Source of the DNA: Phoronis australis
Lineage: Eukaryota; Animalia; Phoronida
Direction of reading: 5' to 3'
DNA: 64,000 bases
Assembly (NCBI GenBank): GCA_002633005.1
Contig: NMRA01000717.1
Coordinates: 22,407-86,406 of the forward strand
A program made the translations under genes and the position numbers. Positions 1 through 14,000 of this stretch are shown piece after piece. Numbering within the stretch: the first letter of the stretch is position 1; each line of letters begins with the position of its first letter. Under the pieces are notes generated by a model. The model saw only the letters and a program-made list of their open reading frames with translations. It was not told where the DNA came from and ran no database searches.

Positions 1-1935
1 AAAGATAAATAAATAATAAACATTATAAACAGGTATAAATAAGGGAGAGTGGAAGACTAACGTTAAATTATTGGCAAAAGAGGGCACTCACTGATCAACA
101 ATTCCGACCACAGAGTCTTCAGATTGGCTAACACTAAAATGCATGAACTCGTACTAAATTTACTATGCAAAACCTTGAGGTATTTTTTGCAAAATGACAC
201 CATTGTTTTTCGTAGAAAACATTCACTGCACACGAAGCCTGTGCTGTGCTCATGAAAAGTATAGAATAACATAACAGTAGATACAATTTTTTTCTAGTTT
301 TCAAAATTATCGTGACAGACCATCTGGAGTTGGCAGGCAGGCAACATGGACGGTCAGAAAAACACAAGTCTTTCAGCTCAATTACTCTTTCTTGTACTTT
401 AATCTGACAATATTAACATAAGAGTTTTCTGAAGAATTAGATGCTTGATTTCATTTTTCGTCCTTTGTGTGGACGGAAACAGAGCCCACATTTGAATTCC
501 CCATAAAAAGTTGAGCATACATCAAATAATCTTTTCCTCACAAAACTCGACTAAGATGTGTGGGAGATAGCTGTAATTACAATCAGCTGATTTGATTGTC
601 TATCCAATAGTCCCACTATAAACTGATCAGACGTAATTACCAGGTTTTATTACCTACACCTGCAGACCAAAGCACTATTTAGATCAGTGATAATAGCGTG
701 AAACTCCCTGAAGTCCCTAAGTTCACTTCACAATCATAACACCGTGATGAAGCTTCTACTTATTGTACATGTCCAAGATTTCATTTGTCAGCCTAATCGT
801 GTCATTAAGTGACAAGACTTTACTGTATATTCAGCAGAATCACAGCGTGTGACAATGGTACCCATCATGGCTGTTAAAGCTGTTAGAATTAAGTCTCAAC
901 TTGTCCTTACCCAGATGAGAAGTGATATCTGGGTTTATAGCGGACTGACAGTTCATGCTCGGGCATAAAATGACATGTCATGATAACCTGACTTGCTGAG
1001 CCTCGTCTCAAGCAATAACGAACTGTCAGTTCTTTCAAAGTCATGAAATCGCCTCCAGTTTGAATAAGGAACAATTTGAGACCAATTTCATAATGGTTAC
1101 GAGGTCTAAATCAAAAGTTAGTTTTTGTGATGAAAATCGGCTTTATGGCTGCTTTGAAGTTATGTTGGACTCCAGAAAAGTGACCAAATCTAGCTAACTT
1201 CAGAACATCGTATCTCAGAAATGGCTGATCCCATACAACTGTCAGATAGTGTGCTTTATGCCCTGTTCTCTAAAATATGTAACAGTTACAAATAATGCTT
1301 TAAAATATCACTTTTTATGATTTTACAGAAAAATAAGATGTTATCATGGACATAAATATCAAATGAAATTTGGTTAATCATGTTATTGACAGATTGTTTT
1401 GCTATCAATGTACCTAATTCTTCTGGCTTACTTTTACTTCAAAGGCATGGCCTCGTGACTAAAGTGGTTTCAGATTGGTCAAAAATCGAAATCTACATAC
1501 ATTCTACTTATATTTGGCTAAATGCATAGACTAATATTAAGGTCCTACATAACATGATAAAAATTCTCCAATTTGAGCCAGTTTCTAGAATTTGGGACAC
1601 GGGAACTCCTGCAAAAATTGAATGTTCTTCATTCTAGAACTTGGGACAAGGACGATTTTGGCATCCATCATATTTATCAAATTTTGGACAGCGTGTTTTC
1701 AATCTACAGAGTGGGTAATTTTGCAATATTTCTGGAGATTTTTGAATTTGGGACAGACAATATTGCCTGTTTCTAGAATTTGGGATAAGATCTGACCTTG
1801 AGCAAAAACAATTACTTTTTACTGTGTCCCAAATTGGAGAATTTATACCATAACAGTTACAATCCTTGAAGCCCTTGGTGACTTGGAGCTCACGAGCACT
1901 CCTCAGCTTACAGTAGATATGAAATAGTTAGTTAC

Positions 1936-2025
1936 CTGAGCCACAAACGGGGTGACAATGGCACCGACCCTGGCCGCACCACTGCATGTTCCCAGACCCA
2001 GAGCTCGCACTGACGTGGGATAAAC
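1936..2025 (-). CDS. SVOP: Duplicate (probably allelic) copy of paralogue A exon 14
   Basis: Identical to 2922-3011, in the block duplicated across N2105. Confidence 0.7.
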
Positions 2026-5000
2026 CTGGGAAGTCAGAACAACCATGATTATAATTGCTGTTACTAGGTTCCATCAATTATAATTAGCCCACTTTCCATA
2101 GCCANTGCCCTGTTGATCCCATACATATGAAACTGTCAGATAGTATGCTTTATGCCCTGTTGATCCCATACATATGAAACAGTCAGATAGTATGCTTTAT
2201 GCCCTGTTGATCCCATACATATGAAACAGTCAGATAGTATGCTTTATGCCCTGTTCTCTAAAACACGTAACAGTTACAAATAATGCTTTAAAATATCACT
2301 TTTTATGATTTTACAGAAAAATAAAATGTTATCATGGACATAAATATCAAATGAAATTTGGTTAATCATGTTATTGACAGATTGTTTTGCTATCAATGTA
2401 CCTAATTCTTCTGGCTTACTTTTACTTCAAAGGCATGGCCTCGTGACTAAAATGGTTTCAGATTGGTCAAAAATCAAAATCTACATACATTCTACTTATA
2501 TTTGGCTAAATGCATAGACTAATATTAAGGTCCTACATAGCATGATAAAAATTCTCCAATTTGAGACAGTTTCTAGAATTTGGGACACGGGAACTCCTGC
2601 AAAATTGAATGTTCTTCATTCTAGAACTTGGGACAAGGGCGATTTGGCATCCATTATATTTCTCAAATTTTGGACAACGTGTTTTCAATCTACAGAGTGG
2701 GAAATTTTGCAGTATTTCTGGAGATTCTTGAATTTGGGACAGACAATATTGCCTGTTTCTAGAATTTGGGATAAGACCCGACCTTGAGCAAAAATTTTTA
2801 TTTTTTACTGTGTCCCAAATTGGAGAATCTATACCATAACAGTTACAAGCCTTGAAGCCCTCGGTGACTCAGAGCTCACGACCACTCCTCAAGTTACAGT
2901 AGATATGATATAGTTAGTTACCTGAGCCACAAACGGGGTGACAATGGCACCGACCCTGGCCGCACCACTGCATGTTCCCAGACCCAGAGCTCGCACTGAC
3001 GTGGGATAAACCTGGGAAGTCAGAACAACCATGATTATAATTGCTGTTACTAGGTTCCATCAATTATAATTAGCCCACTTTCCATAGCCAAGTAGAGGTC
3101 AAAGGTCATATCAGTGGGTATAAAAGGCAAAAACAATCCATTGGTCAGAATCTGTAGTAGTGAACTTTGTCAGAGAGAGGTACTAAAATAGCCAAAGGTG
3201 GACGTTTTCCACCAGAAAAACAACAGAAATCAAACAAATAAAAATTACGTCAATAAAATGAGATTATATTATTTTGTGTACTTCAAACAAACTGCATGAT
3301 GGCAACATCTGCATGCCACATATTAAGTAAAAATCAAGCTTAAAATTATGTTCAGTAAAATAAAGAAACGTTGAAGTCAATTAAATTTTCAATATCAATC
3401 AGACTAACTGCATGTTCATGTCTTTAGACAGCACATTAAGTACAAACAGAAGATTATGCAATAGCTACACTTTACCTCGGGAGTGTACACATAAGCAGCT
3501 TGAAATGCGCCTGTGATAAAGGCTCTCGCCACGAAGATGAACGTTATGGTAACAGGCCTGAAAAGTATCATTTGCAACTAAGAGAGTTACCGTAGTAAAG
3601 ATAGAAGCCTGGGTACAAATTGTAAAATTTGACATTAAAATTCAAAGGAAAGATCGCAAAAATTCTTGATAGCACATATCGAGTTATTTACACTATTAAT
3701 TACACAAACAATCAAAAATGAACTGAGCTTTTGATCAGCAAAGCATTTAAATAAGTATTGACTGCAATGATGGAGTGTGGTCTCGTCATACAAATTCACA
3801 CAGACTAACAACTTTTTGATACACATTTCTACATAAGCTTTTTCTTAACTTCAGCAAAACTACTAGACAATTGAGAAAATGTTTAATCCCACAATATTAA
3901 CATGAAGCCACTGGCAACTGCTCTAGAAATAACCCAAAGAGATATCCAAAGCACACAATAATTTAGAAGGAAAATGTAACGGAAATGCCGCAATGCTCTA
4001 TGGATCATGCACGCATGCCTGATCCACTGTTCGATAGCAGTGAAGTGAAGTACACTCATTTAACAACCATATGGTGTTCGGTGCATAACATGACTTACCA
4101 ACTACAACTGAAAGTTGATCCTTCGTAAACAACAATTTGAGCGTCCAAAAATTGCTTCTAATCAGAGTAAGGTATGAGTTGAGACCGATTTTCAAGCACC
4201 AGCAAGTGGCTTTGCCAAAAGTAAGTGTGTTGGTACCAAAAATGCCACGAGACAGCAGGCAATAATTTCTTAAAGGATCCCGTATTTTGCGAATCAGATT
4301 TACGCCTGTTATTCAGTAGAGAAAACTGGTTCTCAAAATGCGGGACCTTGCAAGTGACTATGACGGAAGGAAACATTGGATGTAGCATGGGAAACAAAAA
4401 ATGACACTTAAATGACCTTGACCTAACCTTGAGACACATATGGCAACTAGCCCAATGAAGACGCTGAACGCCACAAATTCGGCACACATGGTTTTCTTGC
4501 GACCAATCAGTTCTATCACAAACAGAGTTATTAACAAGCCTACAAAAGAAAAAGTCATGGAAACACCTGTTCAATGTAAAATTTTCTATGGACCTCAGTA
4601 AAAGTGAAGTTGAGATTTTTCAAAATATCGCACAGTAAATCGATATAAGTTTTTAAGTGACAAGTTCTTAACACAAGACAAAAAACATATCAAGGACATT
4701 GGCTTCCAAGTGGACTTTAGCACAAAGACAGTTCACTGAATTTAATATGTGTTTCCCAGGCAGAAAGTTAGATGCTAGTCATTGCAGTAGTAAAAGTGCA
4801 CTAAAAATAATGCTTTTGAAAGACAGTGACCTACAAAATAAATTTGCTATTTGAACATACACAAGTCTTGCATTAATGTTGTTACGGATGATTTGCAGGT
4901 TAATTGTGTTCATTATGTATTTTAAATGTGAGGTCTTTTGTTTTGCTTAGCGTTAGTTTTCTGCCTCGCCGCTAGGCACTTTCTAGGCTATTGTTTCACT

Positions 5001-8000
5001 GGCTTGCCATTTGACTCTGCCCGCATCATTTGAAGCGTCAAGTNTTGAGCGTCCAAAAATTGCTTCTAATCAGAGTAAGGTATGAGTTGAGACCGATTTT
5101 CAAGCACCAGCAAGTGGCTTTGCCAAAAGTAAGTGTGTTGGTACCAAAAATGCCACGAGACAGCAGGCAATAATTTCTTAAAAGATCCCGTATTTTGTGA
5201 ATCAGTTTGACGCCTGTTATTCAGTAGAGAAAACTGGTTCTCAAAATGCGGGTCCTTGCAAGTGACTATGACGGGAAGACACATTAGATATAGCATGGGA
5301 AACAAAAAATGACACTTAAATGACCTTGACCTAACCTTGAGACACATATGGCAACTAGCCCAATGAAGACGCTGAACGCCACAAATTCGGCACACATGGT
5401 TTTCTTGCGACCAATTAGTTCTATCACAAACAGAGTTATTAACAAGCCTACAAAAGAAAAGTCATGGAAACAACTGTTCGATGCAAAAATTTCTACGGAC
5501 CTCAGTAAAGGTGAAGTTGAGATTTTTCAAAATATCGCAAAGTAAATCGATATAAGTTTTTAAGTGACAAATTTTTAACACAAGACCAAAAACATATCAA
5601 GGACATTGGCTTCCAAGTGGACTTTAGCACAAAGACAGTTCACTGAATTTAATATGTGTTTCCCAGGCAGAAAGTTAGATGCTAGTCATTGCAGTAGTAA
5701 AAGTGCACTAAAAATAATGCTTTTGAAAGACCAGTGACCTACAAAATAAATTTGCTATTTGAACATACACAAATCTCGCATTAGTGTAGTAGGTGCAACA
5801 ATTAGTGAGTGACTTGACTCAGTAACCAATCTTGGATACTCACCGAAAAGGTTAAATGAATTCGGACCTTTTTAGGTCAATAACTAAGTCTTAACAGGTT
5901 CCATCGTGACCTAATCTAGGTTTGAAAAGGTCCAAGCGATGACTTGAACCCCAAGTGAGAAAAGGTGTAACCAAGTACAGTGGAGCCCACTAAATGTCAT
6001 TTCGGACAACAGAACATTTTACTAATAATCATGAAATGTCACAAATTTATTAATCAGTTCCATAAAATTCATGTAATTCTATCAAGATAATCCACATATG
6101 CTTTGTCATATTTTCGTATCTTGACATTAAAAAATCAGCAAAATTGATTCTCACCTATGTATATCTTTGCTTTTCTGTCCAAAAACTAACCAAATCCGTC
6201 TCATTATAAATTCATTCGGATCTTGGCACCGAGGGTAAAATTCAATCATGTCCTGTTTACCAGTCTTACTCTGAGTCTCCATCTAGCATTAGCTCATAAA
6301 AGACAATGGTTATGATCATCACCAAGTCAAAACTCGCTTAATCATAATTAACGTCAAAACCGAGGGTATGATATTAAGCGGGCTCCTCTTGTACAACTTG
6401 TACTACTAACATAACACAACTCAATACCTGCATATCCTTACCTGGAAATTCAGCCAGCGTAGTCCATAATAAGAACCCATAATCTGTCATAGACAATACT
6501 TTACATTCCAGTCTACAGCCAGGCTCCACGGCATCAGCAGAACCTAATAAATAATTCGATGGATCAGTAAATCGATCGCGTCACGAATCATTTAGTTAAC
6601 AGAAGGATAAAGTCACACAGCAACATTCTTTACCACCAGCAGGATCAAAAGTATTAAGGCTTCAATTTCTCTACAAAATAGAAGAGTTAAAGTCTAGATA
6701 GAAATATTGAGAATGGAGTAGGCTTCATCAAGTCTACTTACTAGGACAGCCAGATACATCAGATGCTTCCAACAGTTCTGTAGCCATGAGCACCACACCG
6801 TAGTAGGAAAACGCACTAGCAAACCTAAAGTGTGAAATTCAAAAATATGGTTCTTGTTTTACTCAGGAAACAAAAGAATCTGCTAACCTCTGTTTGATGA
6901 TGCTAAAACTGTTTAATTTTATTTTGCTTAAAAGTTTTAAGAAAAGTTGATAGTTTTGCTTGTNGTGCACCAATTAGTGAGTGACTTGTCTCAGTAACCA
7001 ATCTTGGATACTCACTGAAAAGGTTAAATGAATTCGGACCGTTTTAGGTCAATAATTAAGTCTCAACAGGTTCCATCATGACCTAATCTAGGTTTGAAAA
7101 GGTCCAAGTGATGACTTGAACACCAAGTGAGAAAAGGTCTAATCAAGTACAGTGGAGCCCACTTAATGTCATTTCGGATAACAGAACATTTTGCTAATAA
7201 TCATGAAATGTCAAAAATTTATTAATCAGTTCCCATAAAATTCATGTAATTCTATTAAGATAATCCACATTCTCGTATTTTAACATTAAAAAATCAGCAA
7301 AATTGATTCTCACCTATGTATATCTTTGCTTTTCTGTCCAAAAACTAACCAAATCCATCTCATTATAAATTCATTCGGATCTTGGCACCGAGGGTAAAAT
7401 TCAATCACGTCCTGTTTACCAGTCTTACTCTGAGAGTCTCCATCTAGCATTAGCTCATAAAAGACAATGGTTATGATAATCACCAAGTCAAAACTCGCTT
7501 AATCATAATTAACGTCAAAACCGAGGGTATGATATTAAGCGGGCTCCTCTGTACAACTTGTACTACTAACACAAGATAACTCAATACCTGCATATCCTTA
7601 CCTGGAAATTCAGCCAGCGTAGTCCATAATAAGAACCCATAATCTGTCATAGACAATACTTTACATTCCAGTCTACAGCCAGGCTCCACGGCATCAGCAG
7701 AACCTAATAAATAACTCGATGGATCAGTAAATCGATCGCGTCACGAATCATTTAGTTAACAGAAGGATAAAGTCACACAGCAACATTCTTTACCACCAGC
7801 AGGATCAAATTTATTAAGGCTTCAATTTCTCTACAAAATAGAAGAGTTAAAGTCTAGATAGAAATATTGAGAATGGAGTAGGCTTCATCAAGTCTACTTA
7901 CTAGGACAGCCAGATACATCAGATGCTTCCAACAGTTCTGTAGCCATGAGCACCACACCGTAGTAGGAAAACGCACTAGCAAACCTAAAGTGTGAAATTC

Positions 8001-11000
8001 AAAAATATGGTTCTTGTTTTACTCAGGAAACAAAAGAATCTGCTAACCTCTGTTTGATGATGCTAAAACTGTTTAATTTTATTTTGCTTAAAAGTTTTAA
8101 GAAAAGTTGATAGTTTTGCTTGTATGACTACTTTGTGTCTCCCTCGGCTTATTTCATGTGCCAATTTAATGTAAGTGTATAATTCATGACAAGTGATTTG
8201 TCAAATAAATAGTTCACAAACCACAACTACTAGGATCTTTACCACAGGCATTCCTGAAAAAGCAGTTGATATTAAAAGTTCAGAGCTTGATTTTTACCAT
8301 AGTTTAGAAGTGTCATTTTCCAAGTAGACCCTAGCAGAATTTTTATTTGTTTACTAAACAGTGTTCACCAAATCAAAAAGTGTCCCAAAATACAGACATT
8401 CTCACTCTGGTAAATATTGCAAATTGGTGGTCCACTAGACATTGTAATTATCAAAGGTAATATTTTGATATGCAAATTTGTGTCCAAAACCCGGCCCACC
8501 AATTTTAAACCCATATTTACCTCATAAATGCATATTTACAAGTGCCTAATGTCAGATAAAAACAAGCACCACCTGAAGGTTACTTGGTGCTTACCAGGTG
8601 ATCCAAAGTAAAATGGTTGTCACCCTATATTCTGGTGTGAACAAATCTTTGATTCTTCCTCGCTTCACATTCTGTGAACAAATAATCACATGGTTAAGAA
8701 ATGGCCAATAAGGACGAATCACCTCTGTTCTATTTTAACTTAAAAACACTTCTGTACATATTAAGTGATATTTCAGTCTCATAATTGAAAAAGCAATTCA
8801 TGTACAACTGTTTCAGGAGGTTGATTTTCAACTCTGCAAAATTAAGTGTCCAATAAACAGAGACTACGATGGGAAACAATTCATAGCAATGTCTACTAAA
8901 CAAAATTCTAAAATAAACCAGTATATAGCAAAAATTCTCCAACTTGGGACTGTGAAATTTAATTATTTCGCTTAAGGCCGGGGCTTGTCCCAAATTCTAG
9001 AAATAGGTGATGCAAGTCCTCCCAAATTCAAGATTCAGAGGAAAAATGGCAAAAATTACCCACTCTGTACATTGAAAACAAACTGTCCGAAATTTGAGAA
9101 ACATGATGAAAGCCAAAATCGTCCCAGGGTGGCATAAAACAAAAGTTGATTTCCGGGCGAACGTGTGGGTTTATTGCACAGAAGTCAGTGCAAATAGAAC
9201 CCCTTACTGCAACCACTTTTTGAAACAGGAGTGTTGAAACAGATAACAGTTACTAACTTGATGCGAGTGCTCAACTAGTTTGCCTAACAACATTGGTTTC
9301 TTATTTTCATTGGCAATCCTCTGTATAGTTTTCATCGCCTTGTCGGAGTGACCTCTGGTGACATCATACCTAGCACTCTCAGGTAACCACTGAAATTGAA
9401 TACAGTCTATGTTAAAACCATCAGTTTACAGAAGCATTCAGAACCAGCATTAAAATCAAATGATAAGAAATACAGTACAGCCACTGAATTATTAGACCCG
9501 CTCCGGTGTCTCTCCGGTCTAGCCACCCGTGACCGTAACTGGAGACAAAAATTTACGGTGTGACACAATACTTCACGACAAGTTTCAAGGAGTCCACAGC
9601 CATGTAAAGATGACTCTCAGCACAGGGGCACGTTTATTCGTATTTACTAACCGCGGTTACTGTACATGTTTGTCGTTGATGGGATTGGCTCTTAAGTCGT
9701 AAATTGAACATGTACATGTAAGTGTAACACAAGATGAGCTGAAGGAAGACGTTTGTATGAACAACACGTGGAATTACAGAGTTAGTCGGAACCCAAGTGT
9801 GATAGATGACCGCTTGCAAAGATACTCTATAATATACTATAATGTCTTTGCAACTTGACCGAAACAACAGGCAATCAAGACGTTACATGTATTTTTACTG
9901 ATTAGCCCGGTGCCCTGCCATGGTTACCATAGCTACCGAAGGCATGAAGAAAGCGTGAGGTAAGCGTGACGGAGACGCGAAGAAAGCGTGAATGAGGCGT
10001 GAGGAAGGCGTTAAATACACTGGAGGTAAGCGTGAGGACTACCCGGAGAGTAGGCGTGAGGCGACCGTGACTGATTTCTGTCACGCCTGTGTTCCGGTTG
10101 CCCTCCGGTCTGGCCAGGCGTGAGGTAGCCCGGACGAAGTCTAAAAATTCAGTGGCTGTACTGTAGCAATTTGCACACTTTGGTGGCACAGCAAAAATGA
10201 ATGTTGTGCCTAGTTGTTTAGGACACAATGTCTCACTTTAGCATCAAATTTAACAACGCAAACGTGAAAGCGTGTGTGCTCTAAACATACAGAACCATTT
10301 GTAGTTTGGACACAACCCCTCATTTTCAAGAATATTGGCAAATTCGTACATTTAGTGAATAATGACCTTGCATTGGTAACATTTCACAGTTCTAAATAAT
10401 ATATTACCTACAGAACACCTTGCCTTTAAATTACTCAAAGACTGGGAAAAAATCCTACCAACCATTACCAACAAGTGAGTGTTTATCCATTGATGATACA
10501 TATCTTCATTTTTATGTTACACTATAAGACCTTAGTTGAAATAATTTTCCAAGCGGAACATGACACTTTAAGGATTGGTCAGGAGAGAGTGTTATGAATA
10601 GTAGAATCTGTCACTTTAGAACAGAAATGCTTACCAAACAGCAAATGATGAATACGAGGAGAGGCAATGCTGACAATGCCAGAAGCCATCTCCATCCTAG
10701 AGTGGGCATGACAATGAGAGCTAACAGCACTTCAAAACATGTCCCTATAGCCCAGAACACCTGAAAACAAATAAACGCAAAAGTACACGAATACTGAGCG
10801 GTCACTATTGCTGTATCGTAAATGGGGCAATTTAAGTTTATTCATGAAAATCTTTTTCAACTCAATTGTTTCAAGTGTGATAGTGGCATATTTTATTGGA
10901 AAAAATAGTTTGTTGTTAAATGAAATTGATCCTTGAACCAGGTATCTTGTCATTTGCGCTTGTACAGCCATTGTTCCGTCTTGTCAACTAAACCACGAGG

Positions 11001-14000
11001 CTGCACTGGTGTGCATATAGGAGTTGTGATAGTTTGGTCAGTTTCCCTAAGGACTGGGCTGTGGTTTGGTATGTTGGTTGGAACTGATTTAATCTAGTTG
11101 AATCAGTGTTTTTGCTTAAATAGGGAGTGTCCTGCCATTAAAACATAATAACAGGCAGTCTGGTACACGTTGTAGCAGATGTGCACAGGCCACTGAGTTG
11201 AGGAGCTAGATACTTGATTCAAGGGTCTAGCAGTTTGCCCCAGTGGGACTCAAACCCAAGACCTCCGGTAAACGAAGCGAACACTTATCACACTTAGCCA
11301 CACTGCCATTTTAAGCATTCAGCACTTTGGAACTACAAGTGTATAAAAAACCAGGACTGAAATGCCTAAGTTGGTTCTATTTTCAAAATATGAAGATGTG
11401 TCAAACTATTTTTCCTGAACTGTAGAGAAACATTACAGGAAAAAGTCATTAAGGATTTGATAATAAATGTCAGAGTTGTATTTCAGAAGCAGTTTGTGAG
11501 ATCCCCAGGCCAAAGTGCACGTTAGGAGAATTTCAAACAACATGGATCATACCTCAACCAGCACTATACATTTGGCCCTAGAGGTTGTAGGAAGGAACTC
11601 TGCATACAGGGTTATTCTGAAAAAAAATAGATTAGTACAGTAACATTACCATACTGCGCCATGCATTAGGTGTCACAGACAGTGCCAAAGACAGTGCCAA
11701 AGACAGTGCGACAGACAGTGTCACAGAAAGTGTCAGACATTGTCACAGACATTGTCACAGCCAGTGTCACAGACACTGTCACACAGAGTCACAGAGAGTG
11801 TAACAAGAGTGTCACAGACAGAGTGGACACAGAGAGTGTCACAGAGTGTCACAGACAGTACATGGGTGGTGCAACAACGAAAAAAGTGGGGGGCTAAAGC
11901 CTCCTCAGCCCCCCCCCCCTATGGTGCGCCGCCCATGCAGTGTCACAGACAGTGTCACAGACAGTTTAACAGACAGTTTTACAGACAGTTTAACACTCAT
12001 TTTGTTAAGTAAGGACAAAATGAAACAAGCTTTATTGTTAGGCAATGATAGATTATTTGCTGAACAACATTCAGCGCTACAAACATGTCACTTAGATGTG
12101 TAGTTAAAGGAGTGTTAGTGCAATGTTTTNCCACAGCCGTGTAAAGATGACTCTCAGCACAGGGTCACGTTTATTCGTATTTACTAACCATGGTTACTGT
12201 ACATGTTTGTCGTTGATGGGACTGGCTCTTAAGTCGTAAATTGAACATGTACATGTAAATGTAACACAAGATGAGCTGAAGGTAAACGTTTGTATGAACA
12301 ACACGTAGAATTACAGAGTTAGTCGGAACCCAAGTGTGATAGATGACCGCTTGCAAAGATACTCTATAATATACTATAATGTCCTTGCAACTTGACCGAA
12401 ACGACAGTCACAATCAAGACGTTACATGTATTTTTACTGATTAGCCCGGTGCCCTACCATGGTTACCATAGCTACCGAAGGCGTGAAGAAAGCGTGAGGC
12501 AAGCGTGACGGAGGCACGAAGAAAGTGTAAACGAGTCGTGAGGAAGGCGTTAATTAAACTGGAGCTAAGTGTGCGGACTACCCGGAGAGTAGGCGTAAGG
12601 CGACCGTGACTGATTTCTGTCACGCCTGTGTTCCGGTTGCCCTCCGGTCTGGCCAGGCATGAGGTAGCCCGGACGAAGTCTAAAAATTCAGTGGCTGTAC
12701 TGTAGCTTTGGACAATTATAGTTTGCGGTGACAATCTAGCAACAAAAAACAACCAACAAACGCCACAGGGTCCACTAAGATTGAGTAAAATTAGGAATTC
12801 GAAGAAATAAAAAGTCTCTGATGGTCTCCATTATCAAAAGAGGTTTTTAAAGCTGGCGCTGTTTTAACCGGAGTGAGCTTAAGCGAAACACAAAGATTCT
12901 GCTGTATGTATTACATCAATACAAACTAGATGCAGTCCTTCTTCTGAAAATATTTGGTATTTACAATTTGCACATTTTGGTGGCACATCAAAAATGAATG
13001 TTGTGCATAGTTGTTTAGGACACAATGTCTCACTTTAGCATCAAATTTAACAACGCAAACGTGAAAGCGCGTGTGCTCTAAACATACAGAACCATTTGTA
13101 GTTTGGACACAACCCCTCATTTTCAAGAATATTGGCGAATTCGTACAAGTAGTGAATAATGACCTTGCGTTGGTAACATTTCACAGTTCTAAATAATATA
13201 TTACCTACAGAACACCTCGCCTTTAAATTACTCAAAGACTGGGAAAAAATCCTACCAACCATTACCAACAACTGAGTGTTTATCCATATATATCTTCATT
13301 TTTATGTTACACTATAAGACCTTAGTTGAAATAATTTTCCAAGCGGAACACGACACTTTAAGGATTGGTCAGGAGAGAGAGTGTTATGAATAGTGGAATC
13401 TGTCACTTTAGAACAGAAATGCTTACCAAACAGCAAATGATGAATACGAGGAGAGGCAATGCAGACAATGCCAGAAGCCATCTCCATCCTAGAGTGGGCA
13501 TGATGATGAGAGCTAACAGCACTTCAAAACATGTCCCTATAGCCCAGAACACCTGAAAACAAATAAATGCAAAAGTACACGAAGACTGAGCGGTCACTAT
13601 TGCTGTATCATAAATGGGCCAATTTAAGTTTATTCATGAAAATCTCTTTCAACTCTATTGTTTCAAGTGTGATAGTGGCATATTTTATTGGACAAAATAG
13701 TTTGTTGTTAAATGAAATTGATCCTTGAACCAGGTATCTTGTCATTTGCGCTTGTACAGCCATTGTTCCGTCTTGTCAACTAAACCACGAGGCTGCACTG
13801 TTATGCATATAGGAGTTGTGATAGTTTGGTCAGTTTCCCTAAGGACTGGGCTGTGGTTTGGTATGTTGGTTGGAACTGATTTAATCTAGTTGAATCAGTG
13901 TTTTTGCTTAAATAGGGAGTGTCCTGCCATTAAAACATAATAACAGGCAGTCTGGTACACGTTGTAGCAGATGTGCACAGGCCACTGAGTTGAGGAGCTA

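Larger units (their letters stand above)
1226..3090. repeat. Near-identical direct duplication (about 1226-2104 and 2206-3090) across single N at 2105; probable uncollapsed haplotypes
   Basis: The left copy ends exactly at the N. Scattered SNPs between copies. Confidence 0.85.
4137..5780. repeat. Direct duplication (4137-4875 and 5045-5780) across N5044
   Basis: The right copy begins at the N. High identity with SNPs. Confidence 0.85.
5793..8123. repeat. Direct duplication (5793-6963 and 6965-8123) across N6964
   Basis: Both copies abut the N exactly. Confidence 0.88.

Noticed and set aside
1-1900. Exon 15 of paralogue A
   Set aside because: No LPIETKG-like coding sequence was found. It is presumably left of the window, so the gene is not called a pseudogene.
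11240-11307. tRNA gene
   Set aside because: It has A/B-box-like motifs but no convincing cloverleaf, and it is attached to a dispersed repeat body, so it is a SINE head.
11670-12103. Overlapping plus-strand ORFs rich in S/Q/T/V
   Set aside because: They are translations of the 12-bp minisatellite.
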